DNA of 32,000 nt from Microcystis aeruginosa NIES-843 (GCF_000010625.1 NC_010296.1:5310001-5342000); one strand, 5' to 3'; counted from the first letter of the stretch, positions 8,090-17,596 are shown. The notes: generated from the sequence alone by a model not told the origin. Program-made: numbers and translations.

Positions 8090-8734
8090 CTAAGGGGCTA
8101 AACGTTGCCTTTGCCAACTGCCATCTTCTTGACGATAATAACAGAGACGATCGTGGAGACGACTGGGGCGACCTTGCCAGAACTCGATTAAACTAGGAAT
8201 TAGGCGAAAACCGCCCCAATGAGGAGGACGGGGAACTTCACGACCCGCATATTCTTCTTTTAGTTCTGTCAGGCGTTTTTCGAGGATATCTCGCCCAGAA
8301 ATCACTTCACTTTGATTGGAGGCCCAGGCCCCTAAACGGGATTCCCAGGGACGGACAAAAAAGTAATTATCCGATTCCTCCTCGCTGATTTTTTCTACAG
8401 TTCCCTCGATCCTAATTTGCCGTTGCAATTCTCCCCACCAAAACACTAGGGCCGCATTGGGATTAGCGATTAATTCCTGTCCTTTGGCGCTGTGGTAGTT
8501 GGTAAAGAGAACAAAACCGCGAGGATCGAAGTCTTTTAACAGTACCATGCGGGCCCGGGGTTTACCCTCCGGGGAAATAGTGGCTAAAGTCATAGCGTTG
8601 GGTTCCAATCTTCCCGAAGATACCGCCCGTTCTAGCCATTGTTTAAATACAATGAAAGGATCGGCAGATGTTTCTGACTCTAGCAATTCTTCGAGATTGT
8701 AGTCCAAGCGCAGGTCAGCGATCGATATGTCCAT
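8090..8734 (-). CDS. pdxH: Pyridoxamine 5'-phosphate oxidase
   Basis: 214 aa. EPNAMTLATISPEGKPRARMVLLK, ALVFWWGELQRQIRIEG and the C-terminal IEFWQGRPSRLHDRL...RLAP are hallmark PdxH motifs. Confidence 0.93.
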   Translation of the reverse strand: MDISIADLRLDYNLEELLESETSADPFIVFKQWLERAVSSGRLEPNAMTLATISPEGKPRARMVLLKDFDPRGFVLFTNYHSAKGQELIANPNAALVFWWGELQRQIRIEGTVEKISEEESDNYFFVRPWESRLGAWASNQSEVISGRDILEKRLTELKEEYAGREVPRPPHWGGFRLIPSLIEFWQGRPSRLHDRLCYYRQEDGSWQRQRLAP

Positions 8735-8785
8735 GGTTTTGCTTGCTAAATTCTATCCTTTGAGATCCTACAAGATTCTACAATC

Positions 8786-9556
8786 ATGACTATCACCTCG
8801 GCCAGTGACGCGATCGCATCTCTTTTAGAAATGGCGGAACAGGGAGAAATTGACCCCTGGGATGTGCAGGTTATTGATGTGATCGATCGCTTTTTGGCAG
8901 AATTGGGGTTATTAAATGATCTAGATTTAGCCATGGCCCAAGCTAATTTACCCCAATCGGGACAGGCTTTTTTATGGGCTTCCATGTTAGTTTTATTTAA
9001 GGCTGATACCCTAGAAAGATTGTCTTTAGACCAGCAAGAAGAAAGTCTGATTGATGAGGAAATTAGCGAGTTAGAACGGGAATTAAGAACTTTACCCCGT
9101 TATCTAGAAAATCATATTCGCCGTCGTACTGCTGCCCCACCACCGCGAAAAAGACGGGTAACTTTGCAGGAGTTAATCACTCAATTACAACAGATTGCCC
9201 TAGAGATTGAAGCTTTACCGAAACTGCCTGTAGTTGTCCCGAAACCCCGGCCTCAATCCCGACGGGAAGCGGTACAAATTATCACGGAATTGGCCCACCA
9301 AGAAAACCTGACGGAATTGGCAGCGGAACTGGACTTTTTTTTGCAGAGAAAGTTTTTTCAATTGGAGAAAAAGGAGATAGAGTTTGAGTATTTATTAGAT
9401 TTATGGCAAGCAGAAAAGCCCTCTAGTCACTCGGCAACACAGGAAAAGGTGGCGATTTTTTGGGCTTTACTTTTACTGGCTTCTCAATCAAAAGTGGAAT
9501 TAAAACAAGAGGATTTTTATCAGGATTTGAGTATTTCTTTAATTAGGGTTTGCTGA
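8786..9556 (+). CDS. scpA: Segregation and condensation protein A (kleisin)
   Basis: 256 aa. The N-terminal AIASLLEMAEQGEIDPWDVQVIDVIDRFL is the conserved ScpA N-terminal motif, and length and charge pattern fit. The last codons and the stop lie inside a dispersed repeat. Confidence 0.75.
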   Translation: MTITSASDAIASLLEMAEQGEIDPWDVQVIDVIDRFLAELGLLNDLDLAMAQANLPQSGQAFLWASMLVLFKADTLERLSLDQQEESLIDEEISELERELRTLPRYLENHIRRRTAAPPPRKRRVTLQELITQLQQIALEIEALPKLPVVVPKPRPQSRREAVQIITELAHQENLTELAAELDFFLQRKFFQLEKKEIEFEYLLDLWQAEKPSSHSATQEKVAIFWALLLLASQSKVELKQEDFYQDLSISLIRVC

Positions 9557-9797
9557 AAAGCTTTTTCGTGGGGGTAGGGTGTGGGGTGTAGGGTGTAGGG
9601 TGTGGGGTTTTACCGATTTTCAGGTGGTCAACTACCTAATTTTCAGGGAAAAAGTACCTGAATTTTCCCCCCGATCACTCCAATGGTAGGCACTTTTTGA
9701 AGGAAAAAAAGTCTAAAAGTCTTACCCAACAAGGTTTTTAGATTTATTCAGCCAACCCTAATTAGGGTTGGCTGAAAAGCTTTTTCAGCCAACCCTA
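9541..9797. mobile_element. MITE-like element(s) with terminal inverted repeats of the aattagggtt[t/g]gctgaa family
   Basis: - Left end aattagggtttgctgaa (9541-9557) versus inverted right end ttcagccaaccctaatt (9747-9763), 1 mismatch.
- The 27-nt left-end sequence recurs directly at 9760-9786 (1 mismatch).
- A further inverted arm lies at 9786-9797.
- There is a perfect 28-nt palindrome at 9748-9775.
- A solo copy lies at 19814-19834. Confidence 0.6.
9570..9606 (+). repeat. G-rich (GGGTGT)-like tract with G-quadruplex potential
   Basis: Six G-runs of 3 or more G separated by 2-4 nt: gggggtagggtgtggggtgtagggtgtagggtgtgggg. It lies just after the scpA stop, inside the MITE-like element. Confidence 0.6.
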
Positions 9798-9811
9798 GAT
9801 ACCTTACTATC

Positions 9812-11296
9812 TTAGCGGGTTAAGGCCGCGCCTCTTTCGTACAAAGTGCGGGCATAATCGGTCCAAGTACCTTGGCCCCAATAACGGAAACAACTGGTTT
9901 GCACGAGCAAATTATAAAGCAGTGCCTCCAGATAATCGGGCCGTCGGGTGAAGCTAGGATCCGCCTGTACTAAAAGATCATATTTCTCGTGGAATTTAGC
10001 GCTTAATTGGTTCATCGGTTCGAGAACATTTTCGTAACCGCGCACCCAACTGAGATCATTGGTCCAAGATGCCCCATCCATGGTAAAACGGTGGTCGGAC
10101 TGTTTTAACTCAGCGATCGCCTGTTCCACTGCTTCTGGGGTAGCGGCATCGGGATTAACTCGCTGCCAGATTTTATGCTGGTGTACGGCTTGAATTGGGG
10201 GATAATCTTGGGGATTAACGCCAGCGGCCTCGATTAACTCCAGATATTCCGTGCCGTTAAATCCTGCCACAGTGGAACCCCCCTGCATTTCCCGCCAAGG
10301 ATTGGGAAAATCGCGAGGAAATTCATTCATCATCACGCCACCATTTTCACCGTCGGCAATCTGGGAACCTAGGGAAGGAACCCAAACGCCGCCGATTTGC
10401 TGTTTACCGCGGCATTTGGCCTCGTGGTAGGGTTGCATTTGGGCGACTAATTTGGTGTCGGAACCCTGGGTTTTAATCAAAGCAGTAATCGCAATCACTT
10501 CCCCGCGAGAATTACGGGCCACCAGGCGATTAGGAATATATTTTTGTTCCTGACTCAATCCCGAACCGTCGAGATTTTCCACCGAGTGTTCCTGTACCAA
10601 TAACCAACGATAGCCGCATTCTTTCAGGGCTTTAATATACTCGTAGAGGGTATCGGGATGGTTAGGAAGGTGCATTTCCGGGGGAGAGAACCCTTTGACT
10701 CGTTTCAGGGCATCGGGGCCAAAAATCGAGGCAAAATAGGTTTGCCATGCTTGCATCTGTAATTTTAGATCGGGAATCGGTGTGGAAGGAGCCACCGCAT
10801 GACTCCACATCGTCCCCAACCATTCCACATAGGGTTGATATTGACTGTTACAGGTGATTAATTTGAGTTTATCGAGGATATCCTGCCGTCCCATCTGTAC
10901 CAAACCCCAGAGGAGATTGCCGGAATAATCGAGCATAATCCGGGGATTACAGCCTTCCGCCACCAATTCCGGGATAAAATCGCCCATGCGACTGTAACAC
11001 CAGGCAAAAACGCTGGCATTATGGTTATCACCATCCCCCTGATTCTCGAACATATGCTGGAGATTGCAGATTAATTCACCATTAACACCCGCGGGGATGG
11101 TGGGTTGGTGCATATGCAAGGCACAGGCAAAACCAGCCTTGATATGGTCTAATTGGAGATTTGTTGTCGGTAAAAAGATCGGATCATCGTGATTAACAAT
11201 CGCTGCGATTTCCTGTTCCCAACCGCAAATAGTCGGTAGTCCGGGGCGGATTTCCGTGATAGCGTTCGATTTCGATGATACGGGTGTAGCGATCAT
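9812..11296 (-). CDS. Glycoside hydrolase family 57-like protein
   Basis: 494 aa. ALHMHQP (GH57 region I HxHQP), GYRWLLVQEHS (WxxE nucleophile-region-like) and IADGENGG (DGE-type acid/base region). Confidence 0.65.
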   Translation of the reverse strand: MIATPVSSKSNAITEIRPGLPTICGWEQEIAAIVNHDDPIFLPTTNLQLDHIKAGFACALHMHQPTIPAGVNGELICNLQHMFENQGDGDNHNASVFAWCYSRMGDFIPELVAEGCNPRIMLDYSGNLLWGLVQMGRQDILDKLKLITCNSQYQPYVEWLGTMWSHAVAPSTPIPDLKLQMQAWQTYFASIFGPDALKRVKGFSPPEMHLPNHPDTLYEYIKALKECGYRWLLVQEHSVENLDGSGLSQEQKYIPNRLVARNSRGEVIAITALIKTQGSDTKLVAQMQPYHEAKCRGKQQIGGVWVPSLGSQIADGENGGVMMNEFPRDFPNPWREMQGGSTVAGFNGTEYLELIEAAGVNPQDYPPIQAVHQHKIWQRVNPDAATPEAVEQAIAELKQSDHRFTMDGASWTNDLSWVRGYENVLEPMNQLSAKFHEKYDLLVQADPSFTRRPDYLEALLYNLLVQTSCFRYWGQGTWTDYARTLYERGAALTR

Positions 11297-11563
11297 AATT
11301 TTTCAGGCGAATAGATTGAGATAGTTTGTCCCCACTCTCCCAGGGACAACTTTGTTTACTGGCAACAGGTCACTCTTGACTGTTCACTGCTAACTGAGCT
11401 AAGAGTGCGGACTTGATCCTATCCCATTTATACTGGGAGTAACCCTCTCCAGACACAAGCCTTCGTAACTCGTTAAAAATCAAGATGATTCTTTACTGAA
11501 CTTAACCGATCCTCGCACTATGATACAAACAACTATCCGCCCTTTTACCTGTAAATTTTAACC

Positions 11564-12871
11564 ATGTTCTCGGCGACTACCGAAATTCTTGTTATCTTCT
11601 TCCTGATCCTCCTCAATGGAGTCTTTGCTCTCTCGGAAATTGCCATTGTCTCGGCCCGCAAAGTCCGTTTAGAACAATTAGCCAGAGATGATCGAAGGGC
11701 GGCGGTGGCCTTAAAATTGGCCAATGATCCCAATCAAATTTTATCGACGGTGCAGATTGGCATTACCCTAGTGGGTATCTTTGCCGGGGCCTACGGAGGA
11801 GCTAATTTATCGGTCAGTGTGGCGCAATTATTGGCCCAAGTTCCTGTTTTAGCCCCCTACAGTCAAGCTTTGGGATTAGGATTAGTGGTGTTAATTATTA
11901 CCTATCTATCCCTAGTGGTGGGGGAATTAGTGCCGAAACGGTTAGGTTTAAGTAATCCTGAAAAAATCGCTATCCTCGTTGCTGATCCTCTGAATAGGTT
12001 ATCAAAAATTGTTTCGCCCATTGTCCATCTTTTGAGTCAATCGACTAATCTGATTCTCGGTTTGTTGGGGATTAATACTAATAACAATGATTCCCCAATT
12101 ACGGAAGAAGAATTGAAAATTATGCTTAAACAGGGAACCGCAGCGGGAACCTTTGAGGAAGCAGAACAGGATATGGTGGAAAGGGTGTTAGGATTGGGCG
12201 ATCGCCGAGTAAGCCAGATTATGACCACGCGCCCAGATATTATTTGGCTAGATTTGGAAGATAGTGCCGAAATTAACCGCCAGAAGCTAATTGAGAGCAA
12301 TCATAACCGTTTTCCTGTGTGTCAGGGCAGTTTAGATGAGGTTTTGGGGGTAATCGAAGTCACAGACTTATTGGCAGATTGTTTAACCGGTGAAAGTTTC
12401 GACCTGACGAAGGATTTACAACAGCCGCTTTTTGTGCCGGAAAGCACTAGGGGTTTAAAGGTTTTAGAATTGGTGCAGCAAAGTGGTCATCATATTGCCT
12501 TGGTAGTGGATGAGTACGGGGTAATTCAAGGATTGGTGACGCGCAAGGATATTTTAGAGGCAATTGTCGGCGATTTACCCCAATTAGATAACATTGAAGA
12601 TGCTCAGATCGTGCAGCGGGAAGATGGTTCTTGGTTGATCGATGGTACAGTGGCGATCGAAGATTTTAAAGAGTTATTTGAAATCAGTGAATTACCGGGG
12701 GAAAAACAGGGCAATTATCACACTTTAGGTGGTTTTATTATTACCCATCTTGGCAGGATTCCGGGGGCTGCCGATCATTTTGAATGGCAAAGGTTGCGCT
12801 TGGAAGTGGTGGATATGGACGGTAATCGTGTCGATAAGGTGTTAGTCACGCTATTGTTAGATGATTTGTAA
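11564..12871 (+). CDS. CNNM(DUF21)-CBS-CorC_HlyC family transporter-associated protein (hemolysin family)
   Basis: 435 aa. N-terminal membrane DUF21 region (LILLNGVFALSEIAIVSAR), then a CBS pair (RRVSQIMTTRPDI..., HHIALVVDEYGVIQGLVTRKDILEAIVG), then a CorC_HlyC tail (REDGSWLIDGTVAIEDFKELF). Confidence 0.88.
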   Translation: MFSATTEILVIFFLILLNGVFALSEIAIVSARKVRLEQLARDDRRAAVALKLANDPNQILSTVQIGITLVGIFAGAYGGANLSVSVAQLLAQVPVLAPYSQALGLGLVVLIITYLSLVVGELVPKRLGLSNPEKIAILVADPLNRLSKIVSPIVHLLSQSTNLILGLLGINTNNNDSPITEEELKIMLKQGTAAGTFEEAEQDMVERVLGLGDRRVSQIMTTRPDIIWLDLEDSAEINRQKLIESNHNRFPVCQGSLDEVLGVIEVTDLLADCLTGESFDLTKDLQQPLFVPESTRGLKVLELVQQSGHHIALVVDEYGVIQGLVTRKDILEAIVGDLPQLDNIEDAQIVQREDGSWLIDGTVAIEDFKELFEISELPGEKQGNYHTLGGFIITHLGRIPGAADHFEWQRLRLEVVDMDGNRVDKVLVTLLLDDL

Positions 12872-12907
12872 GTAATTGTTAGTAAACATCTAGATTTTTT
12901 CAAGCTT

Positions 12908-13726
12908 GTGAAGACCGATACAATTTTTTATCAACTCTTGCAAACCTTTCCGGGGTTAATTTTTGAATTACTGGGAGAATCAACCCAGAAAGCTGAAAAT
13001 TATCAATTTTCCTCCCGAGAAATCAAAGAATTAGCGCGTCGTTTTGACGGTATTTTTTTACCGACCACAGCAGCACCGGAACTAATGATTTACTTTGTTG
13101 AAGTGCAATTTCAGGATAAAAGTGATTTTTATTGGCGATTTTTAACAGAAATTGTCATCTATCTCAATCAGTATAAACCCGTTCAGGATTGGATAGCTGT
13201 AGCTTTATTTGCCTCCAGGGATCTGGATAATAACTTTCCCTATCAACTGCGGGGATTTGAGATAACGGGACAGATCAGACCTATTTATTTAGATGAATTA
13301 ATCGATAGTCCGGCTCCGTCTCTGGGTTTAGGAATTATTCAGTTAATTGTCGCTACACCCCAATTAGCACAGCAACGAGGAAAACCACTTTTAGAAAAAG
13401 CGATCGCTGAAATTGATGATCTAGTTTTCCAGCAAAAAGTTGTAGAATTAATTGAAAGAACCTTAGCCTATAAATTTACTAATCTTAGTCGTGCGGAGTT
13501 AGAAGCTATGTTCGGATTAGATGATCTCAGACAGACTCGACTTTATCAAGAAGCTAAACAAGAAGGTCGTGAAGAAGGTCGTGAAGAAGGTCGTGAAGAA
13601 GCTAAAACTGAAGCGATCGCTGGTTTACTAGCTTTAGGTTTAAGTATAGAACAGATTGCCACTGCTTTGCAATTAGAACTTACCAAAGTACAAGAGACAG
13701 CGGCCAAATTATCCCCCCCAAATTAG
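12908..13726 (+). CDS. Rpn/YhgA-like PD-(D/E)XK recombination-promoting nuclease family protein (DUF2887-type)
   Basis: 272 aa with a GTG start. MKTDTIFYQLLQTFPGLIFELLG, FDGIFLP...YFVEVQFQ (a D...ExQ nuclease-like core), and a C-terminal GLSIEQIATALQL HTH-like tail. Paralogue of 21009-21806. Confidence 0.75.
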   Translation: MKTDTIFYQLLQTFPGLIFELLGESTQKAENYQFSSREIKELARRFDGIFLPTTAAPELMIYFVEVQFQDKSDFYWRFLTEIVIYLNQYKPVQDWIAVALFASRDLDNNFPYQLRGFEITGQIRPIYLDELIDSPAPSLGLGIIQLIVATPQLAQQRGKPLLEKAIAEIDDLVFQQKVVELIERTLAYKFTNLSRAELEAMFGLDDLRQTRLYQEAKQEGREEGREEGREEAKTEAIAGLLALGLSIEQIATALQLELTKVQETAAKLSPPN

Positions 13727-13761
13727 AAGGATAAATTATTAGGTTTCTCCCTGACTTTACC

Positions 13762-15108
13762 CTATTCATTCATATTACGATAGGTAGCCACTGCCGAGGG
13801 AGAAATGCGATTGAGATAACGGAAAATCCAATATTTTAAGACTGTATCCAAGATAACGGGAAAAGTGGCGATAAAGAGAAAATTAAACTGGCGATTTTCC
13901 GGTAAACCGAAATGACGACTTAATCCTTCTAGGATCACTTCCCAACCGTGGGGAGAGTGGAAACCGACAAATATATCGGTAAAGAGAATAATTAAAAAAG
14001 CTTTAGCTGAATCGCTAAGATTATAGAGAATGCCATCCAGAAAAGACTTGACAATCTCGATTTCCCGACGACTAAAAGCGACAACAAAACCAAAGGCAAT
14101 CAGGGAACAAATATCGGCGAAAATATTAGCGATCGCATTTAAACCTCGTTGGCGAAATTCTTCACTTAGTACCGCGGCTTTTTTGGTAATTTCTCCCTCG
14201 ATTTCTTCGTTAGATAATTTGGGTGCTAAACCAATCATACCTCGAAAATGTAAAGCTTCCTCAAATCTTCTCAATTCCGAAAAAGCTTCTTCTTCTAAAT
14301 CCTGATTGATAAAAATAAACTGTTCCTGTTGTTGGAAATATTTATTAACCAAGGGGGTAATCAGGAAAGTTTTGGTTAATTGCTGGGTCAACAAAGGAAC
14401 AATAATTAACAGTAAAATAAACTTGAGGGAAATGGCTGTTTTATAACGAGAATTGCGAAATTTCTTTAAAACTGCCTCCTCCGATTCCTCCGCTTGGGGA
14501 TCAATTTCCTGTTTAATGCGATTAAAAGTATTGACAAAAGAACGGGGTAAAACCCCCGGTTTTTCCGTAGCTTTTTGGGATTTATTACTTTTGATTATTT
14601 CCTCATCTTCAATACTACCCGCTGCTAAAAAAGAGCGATTTCTAGAAGTCTTATTTTTGGCTGTTTCCTGCTCAAAATTTCTGTTCTGGATACTTTTGGG
14701 AACATCTTGAATATCTTCTTGCCAATAATTATCTTGATATTTTCCGATAATACTATCGATAAACTGAAGTTTTTTCAGACAAACATCTGTGGTGACAGTA
14801 ATCACCCCATTATTAATTGTCGGTTGATTAGGTCCGAAAGTATTAACGATTGATCGACTAGCTTTAAACTCCGTCAATCTGACTTTAATTTTTTGCAGAT
14901 AACCTTTAACTTCTGCGATAAAATAGGAATTAGTGCTGCTGCCATAATTCGAGAATTCATTCGCCACTTTTCGCCCTTGAAAATGCTTGTCTTCTATCTC
15001 CTTAATCTTCAAAGCTGCATGATAAGCCTCATCTAAAGAACGTTCAGGAGTTTGTAATAACCATTGATTAACACCTTGCAAAATCCGATTAAGATTCATA
15101 GGAAACAA
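13762..15108 (-). CDS. pxcA: Proton extrusion protein PxcA (CemA family)
   Basis: 448 aa. The C-terminal HSPHGWEVILEGLSRHFGLPENRQFNFLFIATFPVILDTVLKYWIFRYLNRISPSAVATYRNMNE is the conserved CemA/PxcA domain. The long N-terminal extension is typical of the cyanobacterial form. Confidence 0.9.
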   Translation of the reverse strand: MFPMNLNRILQGVNQWLLQTPERSLDEAYHAALKIKEIEDKHFQGRKVANEFSNYGSSTNSYFIAEVKGYLQKIKVRLTEFKASRSIVNTFGPNQPTINNGVITVTTDVCLKKLQFIDSIIGKYQDNYWQEDIQDVPKSIQNRNFEQETAKNKTSRNRSFLAAGSIEDEEIIKSNKSQKATEKPGVLPRSFVNTFNRIKQEIDPQAEESEEAVLKKFRNSRYKTAISLKFILLLIIVPLLTQQLTKTFLITPLVNKYFQQQEQFIFINQDLEEEAFSELRRFEEALHFRGMIGLAPKLSNEEIEGEITKKAAVLSEEFRQRGLNAIANIFADICSLIAFGFVVAFSRREIEIVKSFLDGILYNLSDSAKAFLIILFTDIFVGFHSPHGWEVILEGLSRHFGLPENRQFNFLFIATFPVILDTVLKYWIFRYLNRISPSAVATYRNMNE

Positions 15109-15177
15109 TTACTTCCACAAGGGAGAAAAGCTAGAGTACCGATCAGTCATCTTAACAAATACAATCCAGAAAAAACG

Positions 15178-17298
15178 ATGTCAATCATACCAATTTGGAT
15201 CGAAGGTGGGACTCGATCGGGAAAAACCACCGCTTTAGTCGGGGAATTTCGGCGCTGGGTTGTTTCTCAACTTCAGTCCCAGGATTCATTGTATCTCGAT
15301 CGACCGAAATCATCGCCCCTTCCCCGCTCGATCTTAGTTTTCGCTGCCAACGATGATAATAAACGGGAATTAGCCGATCAATTAGCCCTTGCTGTTAGGG
15401 GTAGCTATCCGATTCTCTGCAAAACCCCTTTAGGTTTTCTCACCGATGAAGTCATCCTGTTTTGGCCGTTAATTTTCGAGTCTTTAGGGCTAAAAGCGCA
15501 ATTTCCCCGCCGATTACGCCCAGAAACGGAACAGGAACTCGCCACCCGTCTCTGGCAACCAGCGATCGCTGAATTCTTCCAGCCTACTAGCATAAATGAA
15601 TATCGTTTCGTCCGTCAAGTTCTCGATTTGTTACAATTAGCCGGCGCTAGTGGTGTTCCCGCAGAAAAGATACCCGAAAGATTAGCCGACGGATTATCAG
15701 AAACAGATTTAAAACGAGTTTTAGCGATTAATGAGCAGGAAACACCAGAAAAAGTGGGAGAATTAATCATTCAATGGCGTGATTGGTCTCTAGAACGTGG
15801 TTTATTAAGTTATGGTATCATCTACGAACTCTATTGGCGCTATTTATTTCCTGATAGTCGTTATCAGCAGCAACTATTAAAACGCTTCCGGGGAGTTTTT
15901 GCGGACGATGTGGACGATTATCCGGCTATTGCCAAGGATTTACTCAGTTTTTTCCTCGATCATGATTGTTTTAGCGTTTTTACCTACAATCCCCAGGGAA
16001 AAATTCGCTTAGGATTAACTGCCGATCCCGATTATCTGCAAAAATTAGCGGCACGCTGTCAAATTATGTCATTATCTACCACCGACGGGTTAGCTGCTCA
16101 GTTTAGCGAGACGGTTCTCTCCTTAATCAGCGACGGTAACTATCTTGGCAATCTTCCCGATCAATTCATCTCCCTGCAAACCACCTCTCGCGCCGAATTG
16201 TTACGGAAGACAGCCACCGCTATTATTCAAGCAGTCAAGCAAGGAGCAGTAAAACCCGAAGAAATCGCCGTTATTGCCCCCGGTTTAGACGAAATCGCCC
16301 GTTATAGCCTGATGGAAATTTTAACCGGTGCCGGGATACCCGTTCAACCCCTCAACGAACAACGACCCCTGATCAGTTGTCCTCTGATTCGGGCATTATT
16401 GACCCTTCTCGCCCTTGTTTACGCAAATTTGGGGCGTTTAGCCCCCCAAGAGGCCATAGCGGAAATGCTGGTGATTTTTAGCCGTTATCGCTGGGATGAA
16501 GAAGAGAATTTAATTCCCGATATCGATCCAATCCGCGCCGGATTAATTGCCGATCATTGTTATCAAGTGCATCCGGAAAATCCTCGTTTATTAGCGATCG
16601 AAACTTTTCCCCGTTGGGATCGCTTAGGACAAAAAGCTTGTACTGCCTACGAAAGAATTTGTCACTGGATCGAAGGGATGAAAAAACGGCAGCAGCAAGC
16701 GAAACTTTTCCCGATTTTTGTCTTAAATCAAGCGATCGAAGAATTATTAAACGATGGGGAAAATTTGCCCTTCGATCACTTGGCAGCTTTGCGAGAATTA
16801 ATGGAAACTGCCCAACATTTTTGGGAGATCGATCGGCGTTTGCGTGAGAGTGAACCCTCTTTTCAAAGTCCCAGCGAAACTATTAGTCAGTTTATCCAAC
16901 TTTTGCGCCGTGGTACAATTACCGCTAATCCCTATCCCGTGCGACAATTTATTAAATCTTCCTCAGCAGTTACCCTAGGCAATATCTTTCAATATCGCTC
17001 TTTTCGTTCTAGTCATCGTTGGCATTTTTGGCTAGATTGTTCCTCCCCACTCTGGGAACAAGGAGGTGCTGCTACTCTTTTTGCTGCGCCAATTTTTTGG
17101 CGAGAAAGTCCCTATCAACGCTGGACAACAGAGGCAGAATTAGAGGAAAATCAGGCACGTTTACAGAGAGTTTTAAGGGATTTATTAGCAAGGGTAAGCG
17201 AAAAAGTTATCCTCTGTCACAGTGATTTAGGAGTATCGGGAACCGATCAAACCGGACAACTTTTATCCTTAGTACAAGCGGCAAAAGAATATGATTAA
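15178..17298 (+). CDS. Conserved P-loop protein, UvrD/AddB-like helicase-nuclease superfamily (predicted)
   Basis: Walker A GGTRSGKTT close to the N-terminus and a Walker-B-like VFADDVDDYP. I prefer the ATG at 15178 (MSIIPIWIEGG) because the track start at 15064 overlaps the divergent pxcA 5' end. The function is inferred from motifs only. Confidence 0.5.
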   Translation: MSIIPIWIEGGTRSGKTTALVGEFRRWVVSQLQSQDSLYLDRPKSSPLPRSILVFAANDDNKRELADQLALAVRGSYPILCKTPLGFLTDEVILFWPLIFESLGLKAQFPRRLRPETEQELATRLWQPAIAEFFQPTSINEYRFVRQVLDLLQLAGASGVPAEKIPERLADGLSETDLKRVLAINEQETPEKVGELIIQWRDWSLERGLLSYGIIYELYWRYLFPDSRYQQQLLKRFRGVFADDVDDYPAIAKDLLSFFLDHDCFSVFTYNPQGKIRLGLTADPDYLQKLAARCQIMSLSTTDGLAAQFSETVLSLISDGNYLGNLPDQFISLQTTSRAELLRKTATAIIQAVKQGAVKPEEIAVIAPGLDEIARYSLMEILTGAGIPVQPLNEQRPLISCPLIRALLTLLALVYANLGRLAPQEAIAEMLVIFSRYRWDEEENLIPDIDPIRAGLIADHCYQVHPENPRLLAIETFPRWDRLGQKACTAYERICHWIEGMKKRQQQAKLFPIFVLNQAIEELLNDGENLPFDHLAALRELMETAQHFWEIDRRLRESEPSFQSPSETISQFIQLLRRGTITANPYPVRQFIKSSSAVTLGNIFQYRSFRSSHRWHFWLDCSSPLWEQGGAATLFAAPIFWRESPYQRWTTEAELEENQARLQRVLRDLLARVSEKVILCHSDLGVSGTDQTGQLLSLVQAAKEYD

Positions 17299-17328
17299 GG
17301 ACTAGAACAAAATTAACTTCTTGGTTAG

Positions 17329-17390
17329 GAGAGGCACTCAGGCAATAGGCAATAGGCAAAAGGGGAAATAAATAATCAGTTTTTAATAAC
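17329..17390 (+). repeat. Dispersed intergenic repeat, copy A
   Basis: gagaggcactca...ggaaataaataatcagtttttaataac. Its reverse complement recurs at 25509-25556. The centre carries 2+ copies of the heptamer ggcaata that copy B lacks. Confidence 0.7.
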
Positions 17391-17395
17391 TAGAT

Positions 17396-17596
17396 TTAGT
17401 ATAAGGCCTTTTGGGGTTGTGAATTAAAAGCTACCACCCCCGAACCACAAAAGGGTTCTATCCAGTGATCGCAGTTTTGCTGATCCGCTAAACTTTTGAT
17501 TGATGATACCAGTTTAGTTTTGATACCTTGACATTTAATCGTGGGAACAATGACGTTTTTTTCATTAACAACTAATAGAGAATTACATGAATACAC
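17396..17596 (-). pseudogene. Truncated Dam-type N6-adenine DNA methyltransferase (N-terminal ~60 aa only)
   Basis: PTIKCQGIKTKLVSSI...WIEPFCGSGVVAFN aligns with the Dam N-terminus (lKWaGGK...l..I....vEPFxGxGxVxxN, motif I). The ORF stops about 15 residues after motif I, with no downstream continuation. Confidence 0.6.

Noticed and set aside
8746-8985. 79-aa minus-strand ORF overlapping the scpA 5' region
   Set aside because: It is antisense to a conserved ScpA N-terminus, has no recognisable motif, and would leave no room for the pdxH/scpA divergent promoters.
11297-11563. Possible riboswitch or structured leader (for example a metal-sensing element) upstream of the CNNM/CBS/CorC gene
   Set aside because: I saw only short local complementarities (ctgggag/ctcccag, ctggag/ctccag) and a loose GGGAGUA resemblance to the yybP-ykoY core. 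That is not enough conserved sequence to call any Rfam family without a covariance-model scan.
15064-15177. Upstream extension of the 744-aa ORF (start at 15064)
   Set aside because: The extension overlaps the 5' end of divergent pxcA by 45 nt and encodes a basic low-complexity leader. The Walker A motif lies about 12 residues after the Met at 15178, a typical position, so the shorter start is preferred.
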